A DNA stretch of 32,000 nt from Gemmata obscuriglobus. GTDB taxonomy: Bacteria; Planctomycetota; Planctomycetia; Gemmatales; Gemmataceae. The stretch lies in the NCBI RefSeq assembly GCF_008065095.1, contig NZ_CP042911.1, positions 2,100,001 to 2,132,000 of the forward strand. Direction: 5' to 3'. Positions 7,754-16,227 of this stretch are shown here, piece after piece. A program made the position numbers and the translations under genes. The notes beneath the pieces were generated by a model. The model was given only the letters and a program-made list of their open reading frames with translations. It was not told the DNA's origin and did not search any database. Positions within the stretch are counted from its first letter, which is position 1. The number at the start of each line of letters is the position of its first letter.

Positions 7754-7766
7754 GGTGACCATACAC
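7754..7766 (+). promoter_or_regulatory. Conserved upstream motif GGTGACCATACAC, copy 6
   Basis: 58 nt upstream of the ATG at 7825. Confidence 0.6.
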
Positions 7767-7824
7767 CCGGTTCGGCGTCGGCGCTGCCGAGCTTCTCCGC
7801 ATCCGACACCACGAGGGCAGTGAC

Positions 7825-8100
7825 ATGATTGCCAGATTCGGGCTGGGTGTACTGGTCGCCACGCCGGGTGCGCTGGCGGCGCTGCGTGATGCGGGGCAAT
7901 CTCCGGCCGACTTCCTCAAGCGCCACGCCAGAGGCGATTGGGGCGACCTCGACGGGCACGACACCAAACAGAACGAGATCGCCCTCCGGGACGGCGGGCG
8001 GCTCATGAGCAGCTACCAGACCACGAAGGGCGAAACGGTCTGGGTCATCACCGAGGCCGACCGCTCCTCGACTTGCATCCTCCTGCCGGGCGAGTACTGA
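7825..8100 (+). CDS. Conserved plasmid/ICE-associated small protein (GDWGDL...ITEADRS.T.ILLP.EY type)
   Basis: 'HARGDWGDLDGHDTKQNEIALRDGGRLMSSYQTTKGETVWVITEADRSSTCILLPGEY' is a pattern I recognise from small ORFs that accompany ardC-type genes on conjugative and integrative elements. Its function is unknown. Confidence 0.75.
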   Translation: MIARFGLGVLVATPGALAALRDAGQSPADFLKRHARGDWGDLDGHDTKQNEIALRDGGRLMSSYQTTKGETVWVITEADRSSTCILLPGEY

Positions 8101-8161
8101 GCTTCCGCCGCCCGAAGTTTCGAGCGATGATTCGACCGACTCGCCCGGAGAACACCGTCCG

Positions 8162-9118
8162 ATGTCCCAGCACCACGAGATCGGCGACGTGGCCCCGACC
8201 TCACTCGCCCACCTGATCGGCCAGCGGTCGGTGGTCGAGCAGGTCCGGGTCGCCCTCGACGCCGCCCACCAGGACGCCAAGAAGTTCGACCACGCCTTAT
8301 TGTGTGGGCCTCCGGGGTGTGGAAAGACGCAAACGGCGAAAGTCATCGCACAGGAAATGGCGGGCGAGTTTCAGGAGGTTCTGGGGCAGGCGATCCAGTC
8401 CCCCGCCGACCTCAACGCCTTGTTGCTCGGGGCGAAGGACCGGGACGTGATCCTTCTGGACGAGGCGCACGAACTCGACCGAGAGTACCAGACCGCCCTC
8501 TACCTCGCCATCGACCAGCGCCGGGTGCTGCTCCAGACGAAGGGCCGGACGCCGCAGGCCATACCGCTCGCCGACTTCACGCTCCTGCTCGCCACGACCG
8601 ACGAGTTCAAGCTGCTCCAACCCCTGCGGGACCGGATGCGGCTGTGCCTCCGGTTCGGGTTCTACTCGGCGGAGGAACTGGCCGAACTGATCCGGCAGCG
8701 GGCGGCGGCGCTGGCTTGGGACGTGGACGTTAATGTTTATCGCCCCATCGCCGCCCGCTCCCGTGGGACGCCACGCCTGGCGCTGCGGTTGCTCCAGGCC
8801 GCACGCCGGGTGTGCCGCTCGCAGGGCGACGAGCGGGTCACCGGAGTTCATCTCGAACGGGCGTGCCTGCTGGAAGGGATCGACGGCCTGGGCCTCGGCC
8901 CCACCGAGCAGCAGTACCTTGCCGTTCTGGGTGAGGGGGCGAACCGGCTGAACGTGATCGCATCTCGGCTCGGGCTGCCGACCCGCACCGTCGCCGAGGT
9001 GACCGAGCCGTTCTTGATCCGGGCGGGGCTGGTGGCAAAGGACGACCAGGGGCGACGGCAACTGACCGCCGAGGGGCGTGACCACTTCGTTTCCATTTGT
9101 CGGAAAAATGGCGTCTGA
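8162..9118 (+). CDS. ruvB: RuvB-family AAA+ ATPase (Holliday-junction branch-migration helicase paralogue)
   Basis: Full RuvB layout is present. It shows 'LIGQRSVVEQVRVALDAA', Walker A 'LLCGPPGCGKTQTA', Walker B 'VILLDEAHEL' and sensor 'LLLATTDEFKLLQPLRDRM'. It also shows 'SRGTPRLALRLLQAARR' and a C-terminal winged helix 'GLGPTEQQYLAVL...VTEPFLIRAGLV'. Confidence 0.9.
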   Translation: MSQHHEIGDVAPTSLAHLIGQRSVVEQVRVALDAAHQDAKKFDHALLCGPPGCGKTQTAKVIAQEMAGEFQEVLGQAIQSPADLNALLLGAKDRDVILLDEAHELDREYQTALYLAIDQRRVLLQTKGRTPQAIPLADFTLLLATTDEFKLLQPLRDRMRLCLRFGFYSAEELAELIRQRAAALAWDVDVNVYRPIAARSRGTPRLALRLLQAARRVCRSQGDERVTGVHLERACLLEGIDGLGLGPTEQQYLAVLGEGANRLNVIASRLGLPTRTVAEVTEPFLIRAGLVAKDDQGRRQLTAEGRDHFVSICRKNGV

Positions 9119-9132
9119 ATCGAGGAACGCTG

Positions 9133-9618
9133 ATGTCAAAAAGTGGTCAAGAACCGGCCGATGCGAAGAGCGGCGTGAGCGTCAGCGACATGGCCCGGAC
9201 GGTCGGACTGTCCCGCCAGCGATTCCACCAACTGATGAAGTCCGGCGTCTTCCCTCAGCCCCTCCGAGACGAGGCGACGGGACGCCCCTACTACGACGAG
9301 TCGGGTCAGGCGCAGTGTCTCGAAGTGCGCCGCCGGAACTGCGGGGTGAACGGGCGGGTCGTCCTCTTCTACGCACGGCGCCAGCCCGCCACCGCACCGC
9401 CGCCTCGACCGGCCAAGCCCCGACCAGCGCCGACTGAGAAGCACGATGAAATCCTTGACGGCATCCGGGCGCTCGGCCTGGTTCAAGCGACGGCATTACA
9501 AGTTAACGACGCCATCAAGGAATCGTTCCCGAAGGGCACGGGCGGGGTGGCGGTCGGCGAAGTGATCCGGGCCGTGTTCCTCCGGTTGCGACAGAACACG
9601 GCGGATAAGGTGGGGTGA
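9133..9618 (+). CDS. HTH DNA-binding protein, excisionase/regulator-like
   Basis: The ATG at 9133 is preceded by GAGGA. 'VSVSDMARTVGLSRQRFHQLMKSGVFPQP' is an HTH, followed by a Pro-rich linker and a C-terminal domain. It lies immediately upstream of the integrase. Confidence 0.65.
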   Translation: MSKSGQEPADAKSGVSVSDMARTVGLSRQRFHQLMKSGVFPQPLRDEATGRPYYDESGQAQCLEVRRRNCGVNGRVVLFYARRQPATAPPPRPAKPRPAPTEKHDEILDGIRALGLVQATALQVNDAIKESFPKGTGGVAVGEVIRAVFLRLRQNTADKVG

Positions 9619-9698
9619 TAAGGGACATTCTCCGCCCAATCCCGGACGGGTAGCGTCAGATTCGTGTCCCGATCCCGTCACATTCGGAGCATCAATCC

Positions 9699-10610
9699 GT
9701 GAAGAATTCGGCGAATAAGGTTTTCGGCACCACTCAGGTCGGAGAGGGAGAGGCAGCGCTCTTCACCACCTTCCTCGACGCCCACGACTTCGCTTCGGGA
9801 ACCCGGAAAGCGTTCACCCTCGACATCAAGAAGTTCGCCGTATGGTTCGCTGAAGTGAACCGGGAACCGTTCCGGGTCGGTCGGGTGACCATGAGGGACG
9901 TGACCGACTTCCGGGAGCACCTCCGCCGGGAAAAGGGTCAGGCCGTTTCCACCGTCAACCGGGCACTCGTGGCCGTACGGCGGTACTTCGGGTGGCTCGC
10001 CGAGCAGGGGCACGTTGCCTCGAACCCGGCGGTGGGCGTGAAGGAACTCCGGCGGGTGCAACTTGCGCCGAAGGGACTCCAACGGGATCAGGTGCGAAAA
10101 CTGTTGCGGGAGGTCGAGCTTCGCCAGGACGTGCGGGCCTCGGCGGTCTTTCACCTGCTTCTGTACACCGGCTGTCGGATCGGCGATCTCGTGAATCTTA
10201 AACTTCAAGACCTTATGCTGACCGAGCGGTCGGGAACAGTGGTATTCCGGCTCGGCAAGGGAGGGAAGCAACGGTCGGTTCCCCTCCCGCTGCCCGCCCG
10301 CAAGTCCATCCAGGCTTACCTCGACACCCGACCGCCGGTGAAGGAGCAGATTGTTTTCATCGGGGAACGTGGGCCGCTGACGGACCGGGGCGTCCGGGCG
10401 ATGTGCGACAAGTACAGCGCCTTGATCGGCGTGAAGCTGCACCCACACCTGTTTCGGCACACGATGGCGCACCAGTTCCTTGCGGACAACGAGAACGACC
10501 TCGTCGCCCTGGCCCAACTGCTCGGGCACGAGAACCTGAACACCACGGCCCGGTACGCCCGCCGGAGCCACGACCAACTGGCCGATGCCGCCGACAAGCT
10601 GACGTATTGA
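9699..10610 (+). CDS. Tyrosine recombinase / phage-type integrase (XerC/D-like)
   Basis: GTG start. It has an N-terminal SAM-like domain and the catalytic residues in '[11 protein letters not shown]', '[12 protein letters not shown]' and '[13 protein letters not shown]' (R..HxxR..H..Y). Confidence 0.92.
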   Translation: MKNSANKVFGTTQVGEGEAALFTTFLDAHDFASGTRKAFTLDIKKFAVWFAEVNREPFRVGRVTMRDVTDFREHLRREKGQAVSTVNRALVAVRRYFGWLAEQGHVASNPAVGVKELRRVQLAPKGLQRDQVRKLLREVELRQDVRASAVFHLLLYTGCRIGDLVNLKLQDLMLTERSGTVVFRLGKGGKQRSVPLPLPARKSIQAYLDTRPPVKEQIVFIGERGPLTDRGVRAMCDKYSALIGVKLHPHLFRHTMAHQFLADNENDLVALAQLLGHENLNTTARYARRSHDQLADAADKLTY

Positions 10611-10640
10611 CCGTGGCGCACGGGTAACGAGAGGATTGCC

Positions 10641-10754
10641 ATGAGCGAGTTCAAGCTCGGCACGCTGACCAACCAGCCCCACAAGACCGAGGGCCGGAGC
10701 GTGACCTGCACCGTGCCCGTGGACCGTCCTCCGGCGCTGATCGTCGGCGGCTAG
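10641..10754 (+). CDS. Possible 37-aa micro-ORF downstream of the integrase
   Basis: ATG preceded by GAGAGG. The peptide is MSEFKLGTLTNQPHKTEGRSVTCTVPVDRPPALIVGG. There is no other support. Confidence 0.25.
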   Translation: MSEFKLGTLTNQPHKTEGRSVTCTVPVDRPPALIVGG

Positions 10755-11242
10755 GCGTTCCGGTTCGAGACCGAAAGCGACCGGAGCAACGACCGATGCC
10801 CGGCAGCGCTCTACGGATTGAATGAAGGAGCTTGCGTGCGGTGCTGCTGCGACGACTGCCCGGCTGCGTGGCAAACAATGAAATTAATTAACTCCTGACC
10901 AAAACCTTCTCAGCAGTACCATGCCTCCCCCGTGCCTGACGGCTACGGCGACCACCTCGTTCTTCTAACCGAGTAACATTTTCGAACGGCGGGTGTGAAG
11001 CAGTGCCCCCGAAAAGTAGAAGAAGTGTCGATGGGGTCGGGTCGAAAAATCGGCGGGCGGAAAATTGGCGACGGGCCAGGATTTCGACCCTCAAAGAAAA
11101 GCGAACCACACCCTACTCACAGCCTTCGTAGGGGCTTTGGTCGTCTTCGTGGTCATTCGGGCAGCAGAAGGCATCGTAAGCGATTTGGCAGGCCGCCGAG
11201 TTCATCCTGCTTCGTGAGGAGCGTCGCCGGCTTCCTCATGCC

Positions 11243-12553
11243 TCAAAAATCGTCAGCAGGATTGTCGGGAAAGAAGAATGCCCGGAGGTGGAAATCAAGC
11301 CGGGCGGCTGACAGTTGCTTTGCTGCTTGCTCTTGCCACTCCGTGTGCTTTTGGAGCCGCTCCGCAAGCATCATTCCTTCGCCCGGCAGTTTTGGCTGCT
11401 GGACTAAGTCATTGAATAGTCGCATCACGAACCAGCGGTTGCTACCGTAACCGAGAGCGTACACGCAGGACAAGATTTCCGACCGCACCTCTACGTCACC
11501 GGATGCGTCGTAAAGCCTTCGGCACTGCTTCCCGATGGTATCCATGAAGTCGAAGCCGTGGTTCATGAAAGGATCAGCGACGACCTCAGCAAAGGTGCGA
11601 ATAATGGTGTGAAACGTGTCGGGGTAACGAGCCTCCATAAGCGCAACAGCTTGCACAGGAAGCTTCATCACGGCATCAAAAATCACCTTCTTGTCGTCAA
11701 TGTTTGATACCATCAGATCATGCAGCCGATCCGTTAATCCCGTCGCATCCGTCGTCTTTGCCAGCGAGGCAATCACGGCGTTCATCTGCTCGACAGCAGA
11801 CGCCGTGGTCCTCTGCCCTGAGACTGTCATCCACGCATCCTGCATTTCGGCAACGGTGGCATACCGTTGCTCCCGCTCCGGTCGGGTCGCCCGCCGAATG
11901 ACGGAGCGTAAGTGGGCGGGAATTTTGTGGTGGTTAACGTCTAAGTAAGCGATCGGTCCGACATAAAGAATGTAAATAATCACCCCTAGCGAATATACGT
12001 CCGCTCGAACGTCTGTATCCTTTGCATCAGCAAACTGCTCAGGCGCAGAGAACATCAGGGAACCCATTTTGTCCCCCGTCATCGTTTTTCGGGTTGTCTC
12101 TGCGTCGAGTTGCCGACCTAAGCCGAAATCGGAAACCACGCAATCTTCGTCCGTGTTCATCAAGACGTTTTGTGGTTTCAGATCACGGTGGATCACGCCA
12201 TGCTCGTGGGCGTGTCGGACGCCAGCGAGAATCCGGTTGAAGATCGGGACTGCCCTGCTGGGCTGAAACGAGATATCCCAAAGTTCTTTTTCAAGGGATG
12301 TCCGGTAAAGCGGCATGACGAAGTAGTAGGGCGCACTGCTGATGTGCGAACCCACCACCTTCACGACGTGTTCATTGTCCAAGAGGGACAGCAAACGCAC
12401 CTCCCGAACGAAGCGTTCGACTTCGCTCGGTGTGGCTCCGGGCAAAAGCTTCTTTTTGGCGTAATCTTGTCCCGTTGTCGAGTCGGTGCAAAGATACACC
12501 TGCCCAAACCCGCCTTCCCCGATCAGGCTTACGTCGAGATACCGCTGGCTCAT
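11243..12553 (-). CDS. Hanks-type Ser/Thr protein kinase with a ~220-aa alpha-helical C-terminal domain
   Basis: G-loop 'GEGGFGQVY', 'YAKKKL', catalytic loop 'HRDLKPQNVL', 'SDFGLG' and 'FSAPEQ' are all present. The C-terminal half has no recognisable domain. GC is visibly lower than in the flanking modules. Confidence 0.9.
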   Translation of the reverse strand: MSQRYLDVSLIGEGGFGQVYLCTDSTTGQDYAKKKLLPGATPSEVERFVREVRLLSLLDNEHVVKVVGSHISSAPYYFVMPLYRTSLEKELWDISFQPSRAVPIFNRILAGVRHAHEHGVIHRDLKPQNVLMNTDEDCVVSDFGLGRQLDAETTRKTMTGDKMGSLMFSAPEQFADAKDTDVRADVYSLGVIIYILYVGPIAYLDVNHHKIPAHLRSVIRRATRPEREQRYATVAEMQDAWMTVSGQRTTASAVEQMNAVIASLAKTTDATGLTDRLHDLMVSNIDDKKVIFDAVMKLPVQAVALMEARYPDTFHTIIRTFAEVVADPFMNHGFDFMDTIGKQCRRLYDASGDVEVRSEILSCVYALGYGSNRWFVMRLFNDLVQQPKLPGEGMMLAERLQKHTEWQEQAAKQLSAARLDFHLRAFFFPDNPADDF

Positions 12554-13167
12554 TGGGCAACTTCCAAAGATTGCGCTAGTCGGTGCGTCTGCCGCATTAT
12601 ACCCGCCGGGCGCCCCCCCACCCCGATTTCCGACCGCACGAGTTGCCGAATCAGGGTGCCGTGCTGCTGACCTTAACAGGCAAGGCGAAGCACGGGATAC
12701 CCATGCGAATGTTGAGAGTGGGCGAGCCGTGACCCTAAGGCTCGCCGCTTCGAGAAACGCAAAGCACTAGTAAGGCAGGATGCCGCCCTCGGATGCTCGG
12801 CTTACTCACGTCCCGGCTTCTCGTCGTCCGGCGGGTAAAGCCAGTCACGCACCGACATCGTTTCCAGCATCGCAGCCACCAGCAAGACCGTGAGGCTTCC
12901 TAGCGCCGCATCACGCCATTCACGACCTGTCAGATAGGTGACAAGAACGACCAGCGTAGCCGCTTGAGCCGGTGTCTCACGAAACCCATACCCGTGCCGA
13001 GCTTACGTCCGCTTCGCCATTTGGCGCCCTCCTGCCGTGGGGCCGAATCCACAGGAACACTTCCCCTCAAACGAGGCCGCTAACGAATGCTATACTCGTT
13101 CCGAGCACAATGATCCCTCCACCCTCGACTTCCGACCCGGAGCGGATCGGCGTGAGGCATCCGCCTT

Positions 13168-15939
13168 ATGGATCGCAAGCAACTCGCCGCCGAGGTCACC
13201 CGCATCCTCCGGTCCGCTCGTGCCCCGATGTTGTCGAAAGACATCCTCGACCGAGTGCGGGCCAAACCGGGCGGCGGGGTCGTCACCAAGTCCGAGGTCG
13301 CCGCCGTCCTGTCCGGCGACTTGACCGGGCAAGGGTCGGCGACAAGGGACGAGGAGTTCCGCTGGCGCTACACGGGGCTTGACGCCATTTGGGACACACC
13401 GGCTCCGGCTTCGCCGGGCTTAACGCCAAATTCTGTTCTGCCCGTTCCACGCCCGCCGATAGCACGGCCGGTGCGAACCTGCCCGCCGGTCCTTTCGCCC
13501 GACGACCTGGCCTCGGTGGAGGCCGCTGTGCGTGAGGAGATCGCCGCCGCCAAAGAGGACGTTCGTTCGTCGTGGCTCGACATCGACGGGATCGAACACC
13601 TCGCCGACGCACCGGGCGGGTTCATCTACCGTCTGGTTCTCTCTACGCCGGTCCATCTGACGCCCGATCAAGCGGTGACTTTCCAAACTCGGAATCCCAG
13701 AGAGACGATTTCGGCGGTGGTAGTGAAGTCGGACGACGAGGGCTTGGTGGTCGTGTGCCAGAATCCGCTCCCGGCGGACGCCAAGCTATTGCAGATGACG
13801 TTCGACCCGACGTTCATCCTGCGTGCGCTGGAAGGCTTCGTGTCCGAGTTGGCCCCGACCGGCGGCCAGATCGCCCGGCTCGTGCTGACCAAGACGGCCC
13901 CCGCACCGTCCCCGGTACAACCCCGCCCGCACCCGAAGCTGAACGAGGAGCAGTGTCTTGCCGTCGAGGAGATGGCGGCGACCCCGCTCCACCTCCTCTG
14001 GGGTCCGCCCGGAACGGGGAAGACGACCACGCTCGGCGCAGCCGTCGCCCGGTGGCTCAGGCAAGGTCAGCGGGTGTTGGTCGTCTCGACCTCGAACGCC
14101 GCCGTGGACGTGGCGCTGAAGGCGGTGCTGTCCCGGCTGCAGCCTGAAGAAAAGGACCGTGTGTTGCGGCTCGGCTCCTCACTCGATCCGGTCGTCCGGG
14201 AAGTAACCCTCGGCGGGAAGCTCGCCGCCCAGAACCCGAAAGCCGCCCGGCTCGTCGCCAAAGCCCAGAACCGTCTCGCCGACATTCAGGAGCAGCTTCG
14301 GAGCAGACCGTTAGACCCGGATCGGCTGCACGCCCTCCACAACGAGGCCCGTGAGTACGAGACACGGATCAGTGAGTTCCAGAAGCAAGCGGACGAAGCC
14401 GGCCCGGCGCTGGCGGATAGCGTACTTGTTACCGGCTGCACCCTGGCGAAGATGGTGCTCGACAAAACCCTTCGGGCGCAGACGTTCGACGTGGTCGTGG
14501 TGGACGAGGCTTCGATGGTGTCGCTGTTGTACGCCGTCGCCGCCTCGATGCTGGCCGGGGCGCATCTGGTTTACGCCGGTGACCCGCAGCAGCTACCGCC
14601 CATCGTGCAGGCCGACGGAAGAAACGCCGCACGGTGGTTCGGCCAGAACGTCTACGACTGGTTCGGGATCGCCGCCGACGGGAGTGCGCCGACCCGGCTC
14701 AGTCTGCTGCGCACGCAATACCGGATGACGACCGAGATCGGCGGCGTGGTCAGCCGACTGAGCTACAACGACCTCCTCCGACACGGGCGTGGGGCCACCG
14801 GCCCGACGGTCGAGTTCATCGACGTGGGGGGCGAGTGGGAGACACGCCCCTACTCCATTTCAGAGAAGTCCTACTACCACCTCGCCGCAGTTCCGATCAT
14901 TCACGCCCTGATCGAGCGGATTCCCGAAGACGAACTCCTGCTCCTGTCCCCGTTCCGCCCGCAGCGGTCGCTCCTCTCGGCGCTCGCATTCGACCTGCGG
15001 GAGCGGGGCGGGCGGAAGGCCACCGCCAGCACGATCCACCGGGCGCAGGGGTCGGAAGCGAAGGCGGTGGTCGTGGACCTGACCACGCACTCGCCCGACA
15101 AGCTCGCCGCCTTCTTCCGGGACGAGCACTGCGACAAGCTGTTCAACGTGGCGATCAGCCGGGCCAGGGACCGCCTGGTCGTCATCGGCAGTAAAGCGAT
15201 GCTCCGAGAACTGGCGAAGGCGATGCCGTTCTGGAAGCGTGTCGTGTCCGAGTTCGGGACCGGGATCACCCTGTTCAACGCCGCCGACGTGATCGAAAAG
15301 TTAACCTGGGCGGACAGCCCAGGCGCTCTCCCGGCGACCGAAGCCAAACACCTGCCCGCCCTCTACAGCCACGATCCGGCTTTGGGTGCGGCGAAGCCCG
15401 GCGTCGAGGCGCTGAAGCGGTTGACGGCGACACGGAAGCTGTTCGTCACCCACGACGTCGAACCGAAGATCGGGCAGAACGACATCATCGTCCGAACCGG
15501 CTCGAACTGTCCGCCGGTTTTCGCCGGAGGCGGGTACGTGTGCGTGCCGCTTGGGGGGCGGTGGGTGGCCGTGAACTCGCCGAACGTGACACGGGTGCTG
15601 TGGCGGATCGGCTTCTCACACCTGGCCGACGACGAGGTGGACCCGAACCAGGCCCGCCGGTTCTACTGCCCGGAGTGCCCGAACGGGGACTTGGTGTTGC
15701 GCCAGAGCCGGGGCGAGGGGTGGTTCCTGGTCTGCGTCAACCCTCAGGTGCGGGAGTGCTCGCACCGGAAACGGCTGTCGCTGGAGGACGCCAGGCTCAA
15801 GGTCCGGCTTCAGGGGATGCGGTGCCCGGCGGGGCACCCGCTCACCGCCCGGTCGAGCGGGCACGGCTTCTTCCTGGGCTGCGAGAACTACCCTCGTTGC
15901 GATTTCGCCCAGGGGTTGTCGATCCTGGAAGGCGTCTGA
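13168..15939 (+). CDS. SF1 helicase (Upf1/Dna2-like, AAA_11/AAA_12) with an N-terminal winged-helix-like domain and two C-terminal topoisomerase-type C4 zinc ribbons
   Basis: Motif I is 'LLWGPPGTGKTTT', motif II 'FDVVVVDEASMV' and motif III 'VYAGDPQQLPPIV'. Then come 'LRTQYRMTTEI', motif V 'TIHRAQGSEAKAVVVDL' and motif VI 'FNVAISRARDRLVVIG'. The C-terminus has 'FYCPECPNGDLVLRQSRGEGWFLVCVN...C' and 'MRCPAGHPLTARSSGHGFFLGCENYPRCDF'. Confidence 0.92.
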   Translation: MDRKQLAAEVTRILRSARAPMLSKDILDRVRAKPGGGVVTKSEVAAVLSGDLTGQGSATRDEEFRWRYTGLDAIWDTPAPASPGLTPNSVLPVPRPPIARPVRTCPPVLSPDDLASVEAAVREEIAAAKEDVRSSWLDIDGIEHLADAPGGFIYRLVLSTPVHLTPDQAVTFQTRNPRETISAVVVKSDDEGLVVVCQNPLPADAKLLQMTFDPTFILRALEGFVSELAPTGGQIARLVLTKTAPAPSPVQPRPHPKLNEEQCLAVEEMAATPLHLLWGPPGTGKTTTLGAAVARWLRQGQRVLVVSTSNAAVDVALKAVLSRLQPEEKDRVLRLGSSLDPVVREVTLGGKLAAQNPKAARLVAKAQNRLADIQEQLRSRPLDPDRLHALHNEAREYETRISEFQKQADEAGPALADSVLVTGCTLAKMVLDKTLRAQTFDVVVVDEASMVSLLYAVAASMLAGAHLVYAGDPQQLPPIVQADGRNAARWFGQNVYDWFGIAADGSAPTRLSLLRTQYRMTTEIGGVVSRLSYNDLLRHGRGATGPTVEFIDVGGEWETRPYSISEKSYYHLAAVPIIHALIERIPEDELLLLSPFRPQRSLLSALAFDLRERGGRKATASTIHRAQGSEAKAVVVDLTTHSPDKLAAFFRDEHCDKLFNVAISRARDRLVVIGSKAMLRELAKAMPFWKRVVSEFGTGITLFNAADVIEKLTWADSPGALPATEAKHLPALYSHDPALGAAKPGVEALKRLTATRKLFVTHDVEPKIGQNDIIVRTGSNCPPVFAGGGYVCVPLGGRWVAVNSPNVTRVLWRIGFSHLADDEVDPNQARRFYCPECPNGDLVLRQSRGEGWFLVCVNPQVRECSHRKRLSLEDARLKVRLQGMRCPAGHPLTARSSGHGFFLGCENYPRCDFAQGLSILEGV

Positions 15940-16227
15940 GCCGATCACTCGGTCGGCGAGTTACGCCCGCACGGTCACGACGCCACCTGCCCACGGTCGG
16001 CCTTCACGCCCACGACGGCGCTCAGAGCGGCTTCGGCTTCGGCGGAGGTGACGCAGCATCTCCTGGAAGTCCGTCACCCCCTGCTACTCCACCTCCGTCG
16101 TGGCTTGCCCGCCACCGCTTTCGCCCCATGATACCTGGCAACACGGCATGTCGAAACAGCCGTCACGCATCTGTGAGTTTATGTTATTTGGGTCACCTAG
16201 CAAGGGGTGCGGACGCATGACATCTGT

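Larger units (their letters stand above)
1..10900. mobile_element. Integrative-element-like module (antirestriction and establishment genes, Xis-like HTH, tyrosine integrase at the right end). The left boundary is unknown and may lie outside the window or near 1.48 kb.
   Basis: Gene content is ArdC-like, a conserved ICE/plasmid small ORF, a RuvB paralogue, an Xis-like HTH and an integrase. GC-rich coding sequence changes abruptly to AT-rich sequence at ~10870-10900, just past the integrase. Confidence 0.5.

Noticed and set aside
10755-10785. GGTTCGAGACC, a tRNA T-loop-like word just downstream of the integrase
   Set aside because: The flanking bases give only a 3-bp T-stem. No acceptor, anticodon or D arm can be built, and there is no CCA-proximal acceptor strand.
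1478-10892. Shared word TGGCAAA(A)CA at both GC-to-AT transitions (1478-1493 and 10868-10880), as possible attL/attR core repeats of a ~9.4-kb element
   Set aside because: Only 7-9 nt are identical, and a match of that length between two ~200-nt regions is expected by chance. It is worth testing against an empty site but is not supportable from the sequence alone.
12802-13002. Open minus-strand frame encoding a two-TM-like peptide (..TLVVLVTYLTGREWRDAALGSLTVLLVAAMLETMSVRDWLYPPDDEKPGRE)
   Set aside because: There is no ATG/GTG/TTG near its 5' end; the first usable start leaves fewer than 25 codons. It is most likely a remnant or a chance frame.
16020-16135. Short minus-strand ORFs (34-38 aa) in the convergent spacer between the helicase and NYN genes
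   Set aside because: They are Arg/Gly/Pro-rich, have no SD, and have no coupling to neighbouring genes.
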